From: Chrysomallon squamiferum
Lineage: Eukaryota; Animalia; Mollusca
Length of the DNA stretch: 64,000 bases
Reading direction: 5' to 3'
Assembly (NCBI GenBank): GCA_012295275.1
Contig: CM022668.1
Coordinates: 3,472,001 to 3,536,000 of the forward strand
A model generated the notes under the pieces. The model saw only the letters and a list, made by a program, of their open reading frames with translations, was not told the DNA's origin and did no database searches. Both the position numbers and the translations under genes were made by a program. Shown here one piece after another: positions 14,731 through 29,200 of the stretch. The first letter of the stretch is position 1. Every line of letters begins with the position of its first letter.

Positions 14731-16679
14731 AAAATGTATATATTACATACTCATTCACTCCTACTCTTTCTCTCTCTCACTAATGACACATTATACATGT
14801 ATGACAGACATTGTAAGAGAGGCACAGCCAGCAGACTGATTATACTAAAACACGTCAACACATTCCTAGAAAGGTTGATGTCTGGATTTAGTAAACAAAC
14901 ATTAATCTCTGTAAACATTCTCCACTATCATGGACCTAACAGTAAATGAATAATATTTATCACAAAGACAGTCACTATATCAAGACATGAAAACAGTAAT
15001 ATTCAGCATACAGTCATTTTTAACAATACCTACATCTTCATGTCTATTCTGAACCAACTCCATCTCTAACTTTTGTAATAATCTTTGTTTTTCCTTCAAA
15101 GAAAGCACCTGCAACAGGACACAAACACCAGAAAGCTATAAACCTTCTTCAGTCTGTTTTCATATTTCACTATGAATGTTACTATTTCCTTTATGTTTGT
15201 AGTTATTCTGTCAGTCTTCTGCTGACTGCTTTTGTAATCTTATTATAATTGTATTTACTCATAACACCTCATACACACTTTTATAGAACATTATTAATAT
15301 TATAGAGGATAATAAAAAGAAATAAATAAATAATGTTTATATATTTAAAATAATAATTTCTTCCATCTTCCCCAGTATAATAATTCTTTACCGAATATCT
15401 CTTCTTTGAAAAATAATAAATGTGACTGACCTTCAGAAATATAAGTAAACAATACAGTATTTTTTTGAATATGTTTAAGTAATCTATTTCACCTTTATGC
15501 AACAAAAAGTTGTATATCATCAATTTAATTGTGTTTGTTTTTCACCAGGTGTTGCCACAGTCGTGATTATTTAAACTCTGTTTCAACATGAGCTGAATGC
15601 AGGAAACTCAGAAATAAAATATGATCAAATATAAAAATAAAATGAAAAAATTAACATTAAAAAAAAAAAAAAAAATAAAACAAGAAAACAAAAAACAACA
15701 AACCATATCGATCTATAGACAAAGTAAAATAATTTAAATGTTCCTCTCAACAAAAAACAAAACAAATATATAATATAAAATAAAAATAAAAGTATAAACA
15801 GTAATAAACTTTTAACACAAATAAATTTGTAAGCTTCTACATTCACACACAAACACATAATACAAAGCATAATACTAAAATAAAGAGAGAAAAGAAAAAA
15901 GTTTTCTGTTTTGTTTTTTAACTCATTTCTTTCACCTGGTTGCACTAATGAGAGAAATTCTGTCACTCGTTTTGATGTTGTCACATACACCTGTAAATAC
16001 CTGTTAACCTTCACACCAGTCCCAATCACACACGTTGAACAGATTTTTTTCTTTACAGTTTAACCTGTGAAGTTCTCTTCAGTGTTGTCTTGTCAACAAC
16101 ATACAAAAACATCAATAATAATAATAACATGAAAATCTCTTAAATATATTTACAAGTTCAAAAATTTTGCTAATTACAGAAACATCAGAATAGTAAATTT
16201 GTTTGTATTAATCTGTTTAATCATTATAAATAAATAAAAACACTGCAATTCATTTCTATCTTGATAAATAACCTGACATGCTGCCATCTTAACAGTAGCA
16301 CAAAGCAGAGAAAAAGCAAACACAGTCAATCTCTTTAAGACCAAATCCTTCAAGTCGGACTGCAAATAGACACAAATACCAAACCAGTCAAGTGTAGTGG
16401 AATAAAAAAGCACAGTAATAACAAAAATGGAATTATAAATGAATGCATGGAGGTAGTTTGGTGCTGTAATAAGATTTGGTTTCACAATGTCATTATCTCT
16501 GGGAGGCTAACTTCATTGTTATGCATAGCTCAAGTAGTTCATGTGTCACGAGTGTGCAAACAATATAATAAAATATATATATAAAAAAATAAATGATAAT
16601 AAAATAGAAATTAAAGATAATAAATAAATAACCACAATACCGGCTGAATGTATTTCATGTATAACTATGTAAAATAACA

Positions 16680-16681
16680 CA

Positions 16682-16732
<51 letters not shown>

Positions 16733-16745
16733 ATGAATGAATAAA
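16680..16745. repeat. (AAAT)n microsatellite
   Basis: Direct reading. Confidence 0.95.
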
Positions 16746-16830
16746 TGAACAACAAACAAGGGACTGTTGACAAAAACTAAATGATTGAATCCAGTTATCT
16801 CAACATTCTCGAACTTTTTAGTCTTTTATT

Positions 16831-16861
<31 letters not shown>

Positions 16862-18601
16862 TTTTAGTAGTCATTCTACACAATTTTGAAATAAAAATAA
16901 AAATAATAAATACTGATAATAACAAAAACATAAAAAGGGAACCATACAGAATCAAAAAATTAAATAATATTTTTGTTTTCTTTGATGTAACAAAATTATC
17001 TAATATTATAAAGATTAAAAAATAAATAAAAATTAAGAAATGTTGTCATAAAATGTGTCAAATTAAGAAAAGTAATAAGGATGAGATTTATTTGCTAATA
17101 AAGTGTCACTGATCAAAGTTCCTGCTGTCCGATATTGCATGTCTGGAGCTCTTCATCAGACTGGATGTGAGACTGCACTGAAAACAACAGAATAACAAAA
17201 AAAGCTTCGGGATTCTTTTGCTGAACCACATGTGTTATTATTTCAAACACCTTGCATCGTCTTTGAGCTACACCACAGGAAATATTGTTTTCTTGCTAAT
17301 AAATTCTCTTGCTAAGAAATCAGAGAAATAAAACAACTGAAAAAATAAAAATGCATACATAATAAAATAAAATAAATGCTAAATTATCGATTTCTCTTCC
17401 ATCACATAATTAAAAATCAGCACAATATCATAATACTGTATTTAAAAGTCTCTGCACTTTATTCCATGAAATACAATGTCTGTATATTAATACAATACCT
17501 GTGTATTATTTGAGTTACACAATTTTCACATTATTCCACATAACCCTTTCTAACACAATACTTTCACATTATTCAGTGCAGCCCCATCCCTGACCTCTGC
17601 CAGTATTAGACTATCTATGTGTGCTCTATTACACTACAAAATGAGTTTCAAGATGAGATTTTCTGTAAAATGTCTGTTTTTTCTTCTTGTCACTGATTCT
17701 GCTGAATGGGCTGGTAATAATGGTAATCCAGGATATGAGAGTTTTTCCTGCAAATCTCAGGTTGTCATAATTTCACAAAGAATGTCCAGTATGAATCAGC
17801 ATCAGTTTTAGAAAAAGAAAGGAACTTGTAGTATTTGTTATAGTGGTTAACTACAGTCTGACCAGTCACATTCCAGCAGAAAACTCCAATCCTGAATAGT
17901 TATTAAATGTATAATTCTTTTAAAGATTTGTTTGTTGTTTTTTTTCACCGATAGGAAAACACATTCATGGCTTTTGAACTGTCACAGAACTCTGGTAGGA
18001 AATGGATTATGTGGAAAAGATTTTATATAATTGCTTTTCTGTGGATAATCAGTTAGAAACACAACATGGTGTCAAACATTTTGATAGCAGTTTTTGTTAG
18101 TAGATTTGAAAAACCTATTTATACATACCAAGTTTTCATTTATTAAAATGATATGATTATAAATATTATTAAACAGACTACTTTTAGATACTACCAAAAC
18201 AGGACTAAATACACAAACCTACTTTACTAGATTCTTATGTGTTTATAGCAGATTTTGTTCACAAGCAGGTGTCAGGTACAAGACATTAGCTAAGTGTGTT
18301 TACTGTATGGGACAAATAACACAGTTATGTCACAGAACAGAGACAGGAGAGGAGCTGGCCAGTGTTTATCTAGCACTAATTGGACAATCTCTCTGCTGAA
18401 ATGAGATGTGGAAAATTTGCTCAGTTACTTCACTGCTGTTGTCTCAACAAAATGTCATTTTTAACAGCCAGCATGACATGGCATTAAATCATCTCCCTCC
18501 CTTCTACCCACATCAATGTAAGGTTACAGGTCAAGTGGCCCATTAATGTTTCAAGGAGTAAGGTAATGAAAATTCTGATCAGTGAAAATATGGGCTGATC
18601 A

Positions 18602-18704
18602 TTATTATTTCACTGTAGTAAATTTCCTGAAATATTATTGAACTTTAGCGTAGTTATTATTTCACTGTAGTAAATTTCCTGAAATATTATTTAACTTTAG
18701 CGTA
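18602..18704. repeat. 52-bp tandem duplication
   Basis: TTATTATTTCACTGTAGTAAATTTCCTGAAATATTATT(G/T)AACTTTAGCGTA at 18602 and 18654, one mismatch. Confidence 0.92.
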
Positions 18705-20239
18705 TTGTGTCACTGTGTTTCAAGAATAGGTAAAAAGAAATAGTAATAATAAATTGATAACATTTTATTATTCTATTATTTTTCTCTTTCTTTTTATTAT
18801 TGATCATTCATAGAAATAGTGCTTCTGAAAGCTAGAACATTAAAACCAATGTGAAAAGAGTTGGTGAATGTGAGTCACTTCTTACCACTTCAAAAATATG
18901 AATCTTTTATTTACTTTATGGACATTTGACTTTTTATGCAAATGGTCAGTTATATTTAATATATAGTAATCCATCATTTATGTTCATTGGGTCATATTTC
19001 CATATATCAGAATATATAATGAGTATGTTTAGACATTATAGATATGAATGTTACGCTCAGGTGTACATTCTCCATGACCAGCCCACATGTTCTGTCTATG
19101 TTCTCTCTCTCACTCACATAATATAAAAAAAACCTCTTCAGTTACAAATATTATCTGTATTTTAGAAATGATATATTAATGATTTTAGTAAAATACAATA
19201 TAGTTAAAGCTAGGTCAACAAAGTTCTTATAGCCTAACACATCATTAAACCCAGTAAACAAGTAGGTCACTGGTTGTTTATCAGTATTATTTATTGTTCT
19301 TGTTCCCATCATTTGAACAGAATACTGAAATTGGTGCAGTTTATTGAAAACAAGTCAAGTTCATTAAAATGTACTTTCAGTTTCATTCCCTGTTAGAAAA
19401 CTGTCACCCAGTACTCGGTCACCCTGAGATTGGTTAACAGATTTGTAGGTTTATTTGGGAACATGCTGTCAGAATCAGGGACAGGAGGCACTCTGCAGGG
19501 CACTGTGTGTTAGTTTTGTTTGTAAATATTACACACACTGAACTGGGTTCAGAAATGTGAAATAATGTCAATCACGTAATTTTACATGTGTGTCAGTACT
19601 GTTTTGTTAATGTACCATGTGATTACATACATTATTATTTTTATTATACAACAGTGATGAATTAAACATCCACTGCAGATATGTACTGATGTGATGATGA
19701 TGATAAATGTTGATTAATTATTCAGCTAGGATTGCCTATTGTAACAATTATCTTTTGCTGGAGTAAGAATTTCTCTTTTGTAAGAACCATTTCTCTAGTT
19801 TAAGAACTGCTTTTCTTTCAAGTAAAAATCAGATTTCTTTCTGGTAAAAATTGGATTTCATTATTATGTTTTGGAATATTTTGTGAAGAACTGAGTTTTT
19901 CTTGTAAGAATTGTTTTATCAAGTGAAAACTGATTTCAATATGCTAAATTAGGTCTAATTACATTATGTTAGAACACAATGCAGGACATTTTCTGATGAC
20001 TGTATACTCATTTAGTTAGTCATTGTTGGATACATCACCAAAGATTTTGACAATGTAGAATTACTTCTTTAGTCTGTTGATTAGTCAATATTGATTCAAA
20101 AACACAAAGTGACTGATCATTGTGCATTCACTTACTCTGTTTGAAGGTAACAATTATATAAAATCTGATGGGTTTTTTACAGATAAAGTATGACTGATTC
20201 TCTTCTTTTGGAAAATTCAAAACGGCATCAGAGAAATTA

Positions 20240-21030
20240 CTGTATATACTTGTATAAGTCGAATTTTTGGGAGACTATATTAAGGTAATATTTTGGGGGT
20301 CGACTTATACATAGGTAATGCTTTTGTAGCTGTTGCTGAAGAGTCGCCATTTTGACTATTTTTTGCTACAGGATGCATCTAAAATAATGCGGTCTTTCAG
20401 CTTTTCTAAAAATATAATTTTATCGTACAAAATTTTTTTTAAAATTAAATAACAAAACCAAATATGAAGGTAAAACATGATATTCTTCCATTTAATGACA
20501 TAAAAATGCATTTTAAAGCGAGAAAACCGTCAGTATGGCATTATGCCTTACGGTGTCTTGCAATGATCTAGGAATGCAGACTTCTCTGCCGAATTGCACT
20601 AAATATCGGTCCTAATTTCATAAACAAAACTCACTTGTTTAATTGTAAAGAATTTGGTGAATTTGCAATCATCATTAATATCCACTACCGACAAATTTTG
20701 TAAATCATAGAACGGCTAAAGTTAGGTCTCCATGTTAGACCTATTACATTAATGAGATACTATTTATGATACATTTAGGCTATAGCTCGTGTAATACATG
20801 CATTTACGTTATTATGGTATGTTCGTGCAAGTTACAGTTCGTGCAAGTTATGTTACAGTAGGCGTACAACGTAGGCCTTAATGGCACTGTCACACTGGTC
20901 TAAAAATAGTGACAATGCCTGGAATCTACAGTTGACTTATACACAAGTAATACCTAAAATGACGCAATTTTTGGTCTTAAAATACACATCGACTTATACA
21001 TAAGGTCGCCTTGTACACAAGTATATACGG
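20240..21030. mobile_element. Non-autonomous pogo/Tc1-mariner-type MITE
   Basis: TA target duplication at 20238-39 and 21031-32. TIRs C(T/C)GTATATACTTGT / ACAAGTATATACGG. Repeated subterminal motif TCGACTTATAC at ~20300, ~20932 (decayed) and ~20989, with an inverted copy at ~20252. The interior is more CpG-rich than the flanks and has no ORF. Confidence 0.85.
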
Positions 21031-23342
21031 TATGTGAGAATTTCACCAATCCTTGAAATTCATAATTACTCTTCTTAAATGCAGCCATTTATTATAAAAT
21101 GTGATAACAAAAGTCCTACAAAATTTTAACTTTTTTGTTTGTTGAAACTTTAAATACAGCAGTTGAGAAACCTTGTAATTTCCTGTTTCCTTATGTTTGA
21201 AATTTAAATGCAGCTATTTCAAACAGAAAAAAAAACCCCAAAACCTGTGAATACCTCAGTCCTTTTTTGCTTGAGAATCCCTGTAAATTCTACAACCCCT
21301 GAATGACTGAGATCTAAGCTTAGCAGTGAAAACCAGAAGATAAAACCTGTAAAATGTCCTCAATATTTTTTTTTGTTTTAAACACAGCAGTGTGAAGAGA
21401 AGTCTCTTGTTTAATTACTGCAGTGGATTTATCTGGTGATTTCCTACATCTAATGGATTTTTACAGGTCTTACTGAGATTTCTTTTAAAGTGCCACGGCA
21501 AATGTGACTTTCTTGTTAGTTCTGACACTGAGATATTAGAAAGAGTTTTTATTTCTCTCATCAATAACATTTGCTGGTTTTGTCAGGGGCTCTTGCAGGC
21601 GAACATCCACCCATCTGTCATGCTGCGTTAAAAAGAATACAGGAAAATGTTTGGAAATAACTTATGAGAGGCCTACATAAAAAAATTTATTGTTTTAATG
21701 GAAAATAATATATTTGCTTTATCTGGTAAAAGGAAAATAATGTTTGTTTAATGAAATTTGTTTTTTTTATTTAAAGAAGGGTGGAATTAAAACTTGGGCA
21801 CATTGATTTCTCATTGTGTAAAGTACTATTCACAACTATATTACCCTTACAGAGTTACACTGTTTAATAAATAACACTTTCTGGACTAGCAAGGTTACTG
21901 TGACTGAATTAAATAGGTTGGGTTATACTGCTGAACTAATTCAGGTTACTCTAAACTATCAATCAAATTAACATTGGTTTCTTGTAACTGGCTTTTCTTA
22001 CTGCACTAGTAACAGTTATGTTAACTCAACTGCTACATAAATTGTCTGCTAAGAAAAAGATTCTTTAAGGGGAACTGAACTATCTTATGTCCAACCTGTC
22101 TACATGTTCTATGTCATGTATACTCTGTATCATTACCTTAGTGAACGTTACATCCTATATCATATACTTTGATATACAGTATAATATCGCTTGTATAGAT
22201 CTACAAAATACAACAAAAAGTAACACATGTGTATTATACATAAACTCCACTTTCTGTGCCAGTTATGAACTTAGCTTATATTATAACATGCTGTTAGTAG
22301 AAGTAAATTTTGGTGTCTTCTCTAGTTTTTGTTTTAAATTGATGTTTACTATATGTTTATTTATTTCTACCACAGTGTTACTTGTAGTTTATGTAACAGA
22401 AAAGTTTGGTTTAAGACTGACAAGGTAATAGATATACAGTAAAGTCTGCCAGGGTCACTGACAAGAAAAGAGATTAAATATTTTACAGACATTGTAACTA
22501 GTGTATCTAGCTGTGCTGATCAGATCACTTTGTTTTTCTATTGTCCACCTACAACTTGAGTTTGCTGATGACTAGAGAGATGTCTGCTGCTAGAAAACTG
22601 ATCACAGCTATCAAATCTCTCAACTCAAAAACAGTTTCATATCTTCACGGCTGTTGTTTTTTTTTTTTTTTATATTGGAGAACAAATTTATGCCCCTCTT
22701 TTTATCTTTTTCCTTCTACATTAAAAAATCATACATTTTGTGTCTGAATGCACACTCGACTAACATATACACACCCACCAGGATGGTTTTTCTCACTTCC
22801 TTTAAACCTGTCTGCTCAAGACACTGTCATATATACATAGTGAAATATCATTATTTCTACATCAAAACCAGATTCCTCATATTTACAGCTGAGACTGATA
22901 GCCCCTCTATCTAAATGACAGATTCTTGCATGAATTCCTTCACAAACATGGAATCTAATTAAACAAGAAGTCTGACCAGACAAAATTGCTAACTGACCAC
23001 TTGACCAGTAACTGGACATCTCATTAGATAGTCAACGACTACAGAACCATTGGTCAGTATTCTTACAACTGATTACAGTTATTGGAATGGTTGGGTGATC
23101 AATTACAGTAGCAGAAAGTAATAACCTGAAAACTGGACGTTGGTCATTGCTGGTCAGCTCATCTGTTAATCAACAATTTGAACACGTCAAGGGGCTCAAA
23201 GATTTTGTGTAACATGTAAACTGATTTATAATATATATCCTTGATAATATCCAAGGTTATAAAGTTAAAACAAAATCATATTATGATGTATATGATGTAA
23301 GCATATGTATGTATGTATGTATATATGTGTGTGTGTATATAT

Positions 23343-23450
23343 TCTTTATTCATAATTTTAAAGCAGTATAATATACATATGATATGATGAATTTATTGTA
23401 TAGGAAAATATCATATGTATATTATACTGCTGTAAAATTAAGAATAAAGA
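23343..23450. repeat. Inverted repeat / hairpin: 43-bp arms with 2 mismatches, 22-nt loop
   Basis: Arm 1 (23343-23385) TCTTTATTCATAATTTTAAAGCAGTATAATATACATATGATAT; arm 2 (23408-23450) is its reverse complement. Confidence 0.92.
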
Positions 23451-23962
23451 GTTAAGCTACTATTCTGTTAACCTATAGGACTAATTTACTGAATATTGTG
23501 CTGTTAAATCTAATAATTGAAGTATCTACTGTAAGAAACATTGTATACAATATATAATTATACTCTGATAAAATTCATTTTCTTTTCTTTTCTACTTTAA
23601 TAGGATAATGCTATGAAAAGGTACTGAAAATTATATGCTAGAAAATTCACTTTTTTCTCTGGTTAGCTGTAACAGCATCAACAACTGTAGCATGTAGTAG
23701 CATCAACAACAGCAGCATGTAGTAGGTGACATTGCAATACATCAATACACGACTGAACATTAACAGACAATAAAAGAAAAATTGTCCATAAAAATATCCA
23801 GTTATTTCCAGGATTGCATTATCTTGATGGAAACCAGAAACAGGTATATATTTAGATACATGCATCCAGAAATGTTCCATTGACTTGTAGCATAAACACA
23901 CATTCTGACTGATGTCACAAAACTCATTCACAACATACTCACACACAGATACTCACTGATAT

Positions 23963-24308
<346 letters not shown>

Positions 24309-24557
24309 AAACAATCACTAACTCTCTCCATCTGAATGCTGATAAAATGTCTGTGCAGAGTAGCAGGCAACACTTGTACACTGATCTCACACTGGAGGAC
24401 TGGTCATATTGAAGGGAACATGGCTACCAGTGAAGAAATCAAACATTGATTCCAAGAACTTCACATTTTCAATTGTGGTATTATGAAGGAACAAATTTAG
24501 ATGTGTTAAGATGTTGGTGATAACAAGTGGCAAAAGAAAAAGATAAAATTATATATT

Positions 24558-24642
24558 ACACACACACACACACACACAACACACACACACACACACACAC
24601 ACTACACACTCACTCTCTCTCACACTCACACACACTCACTCA

Positions 24643-24685
<43 letters not shown>

Positions 24686-24714
24686 ACATATACACACTCA
24701 CTCTCTCTCTCTCA
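24558..24714. repeat. Compound (CA)n/(CT)n microsatellite
   Basis: Direct reading. Confidence 0.93.
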
Positions 24715-25684
24715 CTGTTGGATAACCATCAAATGGCATCACCCTCCACAATTAATTCTGAAAAACTAAAAAATAATTTAAAAAAAAAAAGCTCACCTTC
24801 AGTCTTTATTCTTCCTTTTTCATTCTCCTTTTATTTTTTCAGAATTAAAAATATTTTCTCTATATTTTATTCAGAAATAATGAATGAAAACAACATGTAA
24901 TTATTATTATTATTTTAATAAAAATAAAAATTAAGAAGCAAAAACAAAAAAAAGAAAAGAAATTTCTTTACAATAACGTGATCTCCAATTTTGTTCTGAA
25001 CTAAGAAGTAAATTATTTATTAGTATTAATTTATTCATATTTACTTATTAATGAAGATAAAACTGGAATTAAACCAAAAAAAGTAATTCCCCACTGAACA
25101 AACCAAGCAGCAATCTTTTATACGAAGTTGAAAATTAATCAAATTATTTATTAATTAATCACCAGTTTTGTGCAGTCTATTGTTTGCAATTATGTACTGT
25201 TTCACAATCAGCTTGACAAGAAGAAACAAATCGATGTTGTTCACTTCACTGTGACTGGCTACTTTCCACTGGTTGTTATATGTGTGAAGGTGACAATAAA
25301 ACCAATTATCTACCACCTGGTAATACAATACTAACAATACTCGTTTATTCTTGTCATGAAATATTGATCATCTGCAATCACTTGACATGTAACAACAACA
25401 AGATCAATCCACGATACTTTCCTGCCTTACTGCTTTCTTAATTCAACCATAACATGCAACCATCTTTGTTCTTAAATAAGTCTTAAAAATTATACAAATT
25501 AAAATATATACATGTATCAATCTAATGTGGATGTTTTCTTTTCTTTTCTTTTTGTTTTCTTCTTGTTGTTTTTTTGTAAAAAAAAAAGTTTCTAGAAAAT
25601 AAATTTAATATCGACTGTTTTGCTGAAATATTTACAAATTAACAACTTGATATAAAAATAAGATATTTTAATAAACTATAAAGT

Positions 25685-25720
<36 letters not shown>

Positions 25721-26165
25721 TGCACATGTGAAACTTGTAAATAAACACAGGCAGTCTGTTGAAATTATTTAACATATAAATATATACTGTAATGAAACCT
25801 GTGTTTAGTGAAAGCTAGTTACATCACACTGCAGTATCAAGTATTCATCAAACTGTTACACCACTCTCTGTAAATAGACAGATCACACTCTGAGGTAAAC
25901 ATGTTTACAATTCAGTTTACCTATCTCCGTTTGGCACAAACAGTATGTTACTGTAGAGGTTAGACACGTTAAAGTAATAAAAAGGTTACTGACCGCCCTG
26001 GGCTAGGGTGGAGTAATGCTGGGTGTGTTCATCACAGAAATTAGGAGTCATTTTATAATTGTTGAAAACTGAATCAAAAATACATATCAATAAATATACT
26101 TGTGGTAATTTTGAATTTTGTTATCGTTTTCTTTATTTTAAACAGCTACAGTAACATATTTATAA

Positions 26166-26210
<45 letters not shown>

Positions 26211-29200
26211 CATATGTGCATATGTGTGTATTTTTATATATAGGTGTGCTTTTTTCAGTGAAGGTAAATGAAAGTGTATTATACATGTGTTTGTTTTTAT
26301 GTGAATCAGCTTCAAGGAGTCCATGTATGTTTTTATGTTTGTTAGTATATTTCTTTAGTGATAAAATTAAAACTATGTTAACATTTATATATTTCATGTT
26401 AGTGAACATATTTATATCAGTTACTGCCGTGTTTTGATGGTAACATGTCTAGAAAAACAGTTACTTTTGTGACTTGATTTGAACAAATCAATCTATGGAC
26501 ATGCTGCAAAGTCAAAGAGTAACATTATTTTTTAGTCTTTATGTACTTAGTCCACCTTTCTTTCTTTTTTATAACTTTTTAAAATTGCCTTGAGTAAATG
26601 TTAAATTTTTCACAATACTATGAAAATACTTTTCTTAAAGCATGTTCTTTCTGGATATTTTACATAATGTTACATCATATTGACAACTGTTCCTTAATTA
26701 GAGGTATTCAATAGTCTTTAAGGAAAGATAATGAAAGGAATGAAAAAGAATAAATGTTGGAAGACGATAACAGAGAAAGGGAAATCAATTAAAACGAATG
26801 GAGTAAATAAAAATTATAGGAAGGAAAAGATTATATGTTTGTATTAAGAAATAAAGTGAAAAGAAAAGAAAAACATAATAATAAAAATTAAAGCTTTAGT
26901 TTTGTAAAATAATATTAATTTGCCTGGTTAAAAACTGTTATAAAATGCTTTTTATTTGGTAATATAAGATTTTCTACACAGCTTACTGCTATATTCAAAT
27001 ACATGTGAAAACAAATAGTCTATTCTCTATAGAAATCTGTAGGGTTTTTTAACAATTCTTTTTGTGTGTTTAAGCAGATTAACACAAAGATAGGATTTTG
27101 GCAGGCTGCCCTTGCTCTGCTCAACAGAAGTAGATTGTAGCCTCAGTGACATAACAACAAAATGTTTTTTATTACTTACTCAGCTAGGTAAGTGGACAAG
27201 TCATTTTAACCTTTTACACTTTAATTTTGAAATAGTTAATTAAATATAAAACTGAATGTGTCTCTTTTATGAAAATTATATATTTATGTGTTTATACATA
27301 TGGTGTATAATGCACTTGCACAAATGTAAGTGATGAGTAAGTTTGTGTTATGTAACATGTGCCATGTGTTAGTAAGAAACTTAATACAAAATAACAGCAT
27401 GTGGACTAAGAGATGGGAGAAAAACATTGCTGATTAACATTGTGCTAACAACAATGAATCACTAAGTAAAACTGACACGTTACCCACCAACTTGACTGAT
27501 AGCTTTTTATTTTCGAGCAGAAGTATACTTAAAATCTATTTATAACAATAAAATCATAATTTCTGCCTATCTGTGCAGGTGTCATCTAGTACATCCTTGA
27601 GTGGGGGTGGAATATCAATTACATCTTAATAATCATTTTATTTTTAGATTTAAAACGTCAAAATAAGTAACATAATATTTTAAATCTAACGCATGCACGT
27701 GTGTGTATTTTCAGTGAGAGACAGAGAGAGAGTATTTGTTTACATTATAGGGAAAATAATAATTATAAGAATTAAAAAAAAAAAAAAAAATTAAATAAGA
27801 AAAAGAATAAATAAATAAATATTAATGTTTATGTTTGTTTATTTTATGTTTTAACAGATTTAGATAATGAAAAGAAATGTAGGTAATTTTCTAAAATGAG
27901 AATAACTCTGGCTAGTGAAACCTGTAAGAGGTAATGAAGAATCAGTATAACTGTGAGTCAGTCTTATTAACATCACTCTTGTTCAGCTTCACTGCACACA
28001 ACAGTTGTTATCACATATTTTAAATTAACCACATTTTGTTGTATAGCAAATTTACAAAATGCTAAATTTACCCATTTTCCAATATGATGTGTATTTAGCC
28101 TTTAGTTTAATTTCCATCTTTCAACACTTCAGTTATATAAACATTTCTCTCACAGCTTTTAGGTACTACATAATAACTAATGACAATAATAATAATTTAA
28201 AAATAGAAAAAGAAACAAAAGATGATAATAAATGAAGAGTGTAGTGTAGAGAAAAGAACCTGTGACCTTTCAGTTACAACAAACGTTTTAAAATGTCAGT
28301 CTGGTCTCATTTTCCTTGTCACTTTTTAAACTTTTCAAATGTGCAAACAATGTTTTCTCTGTGTCACAGGTTTCAATGCAGTGATGATGAAGGTTGCTAT
28401 GTGATGTTCTCTTTAAATGTTCCAATGCTGGCTGACATTGAAAAGAGACCACAAAAATAAACTTTATAAAAGTTAAAGCTGAAATACCTGAAGAAGGTAG
28501 GGCTAAATATCAGAATCAAATTGGCAATTAATATAAAATTTCAAGTTGTTATGTTTTGCAAAATGGCATTTTTAAGATTCACTCAGAAGATATTTCTGAA
28601 AAAGGCAACAGAAATTGGCAGCTATTTAGTTTTAAGTTGTTCATAAATGCAAGAAGAAAGGAGAACTCAAATTAATTTTTGTTCTTGTTATTTGCAAAAA
28701 CCAAGTTTTTATTACACTTAAGATTTACTGCAACTATCCACGAAATTTATCAGAAAGTGCAACAGACACAGAACACATTTAACAGGCTGCAGGCAGCTGG
28801 TCACTATCAAGTCATTTATAAATAGAGTCTGTCTGTGCACTTGAAAGATTTTCTTGCTGCTTTAATGTAGGATCTTGAAATTTCCCTTGTGTTGAAAATA
28901 ATCATTTAAACAAGTCGGAAATACCCTTCTGTTGCAAATATCTATTGAAGTAGCTTGAAAGAACTCTTCAGTGGCAAATATCTATTTAACAATGTTGAAA
29001 TGTTCCCTCTAAGCCACGATGAACTCTCAAAGGCTTGAATAATCTGTTGTTGTTTACCATTTCATTTCTACTTAAAATATTTAGTATTTTCTATTTCAAG
29101 TAACATATTTAGTAATTTCTGATTAGTAGATTAGAGAAATCAGCAGTAACTTAGAGAAATCAGCAGACTGTTGTCATATAGATCACACTTAAATTATGAA

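Noticed and set aside
28370-28497. Candidate plus-strand exon after TTTTCTCTGTGTCACAG
   Set aside because: The best frame stops after ~29 codons, with no recognisable motif or partner exons.
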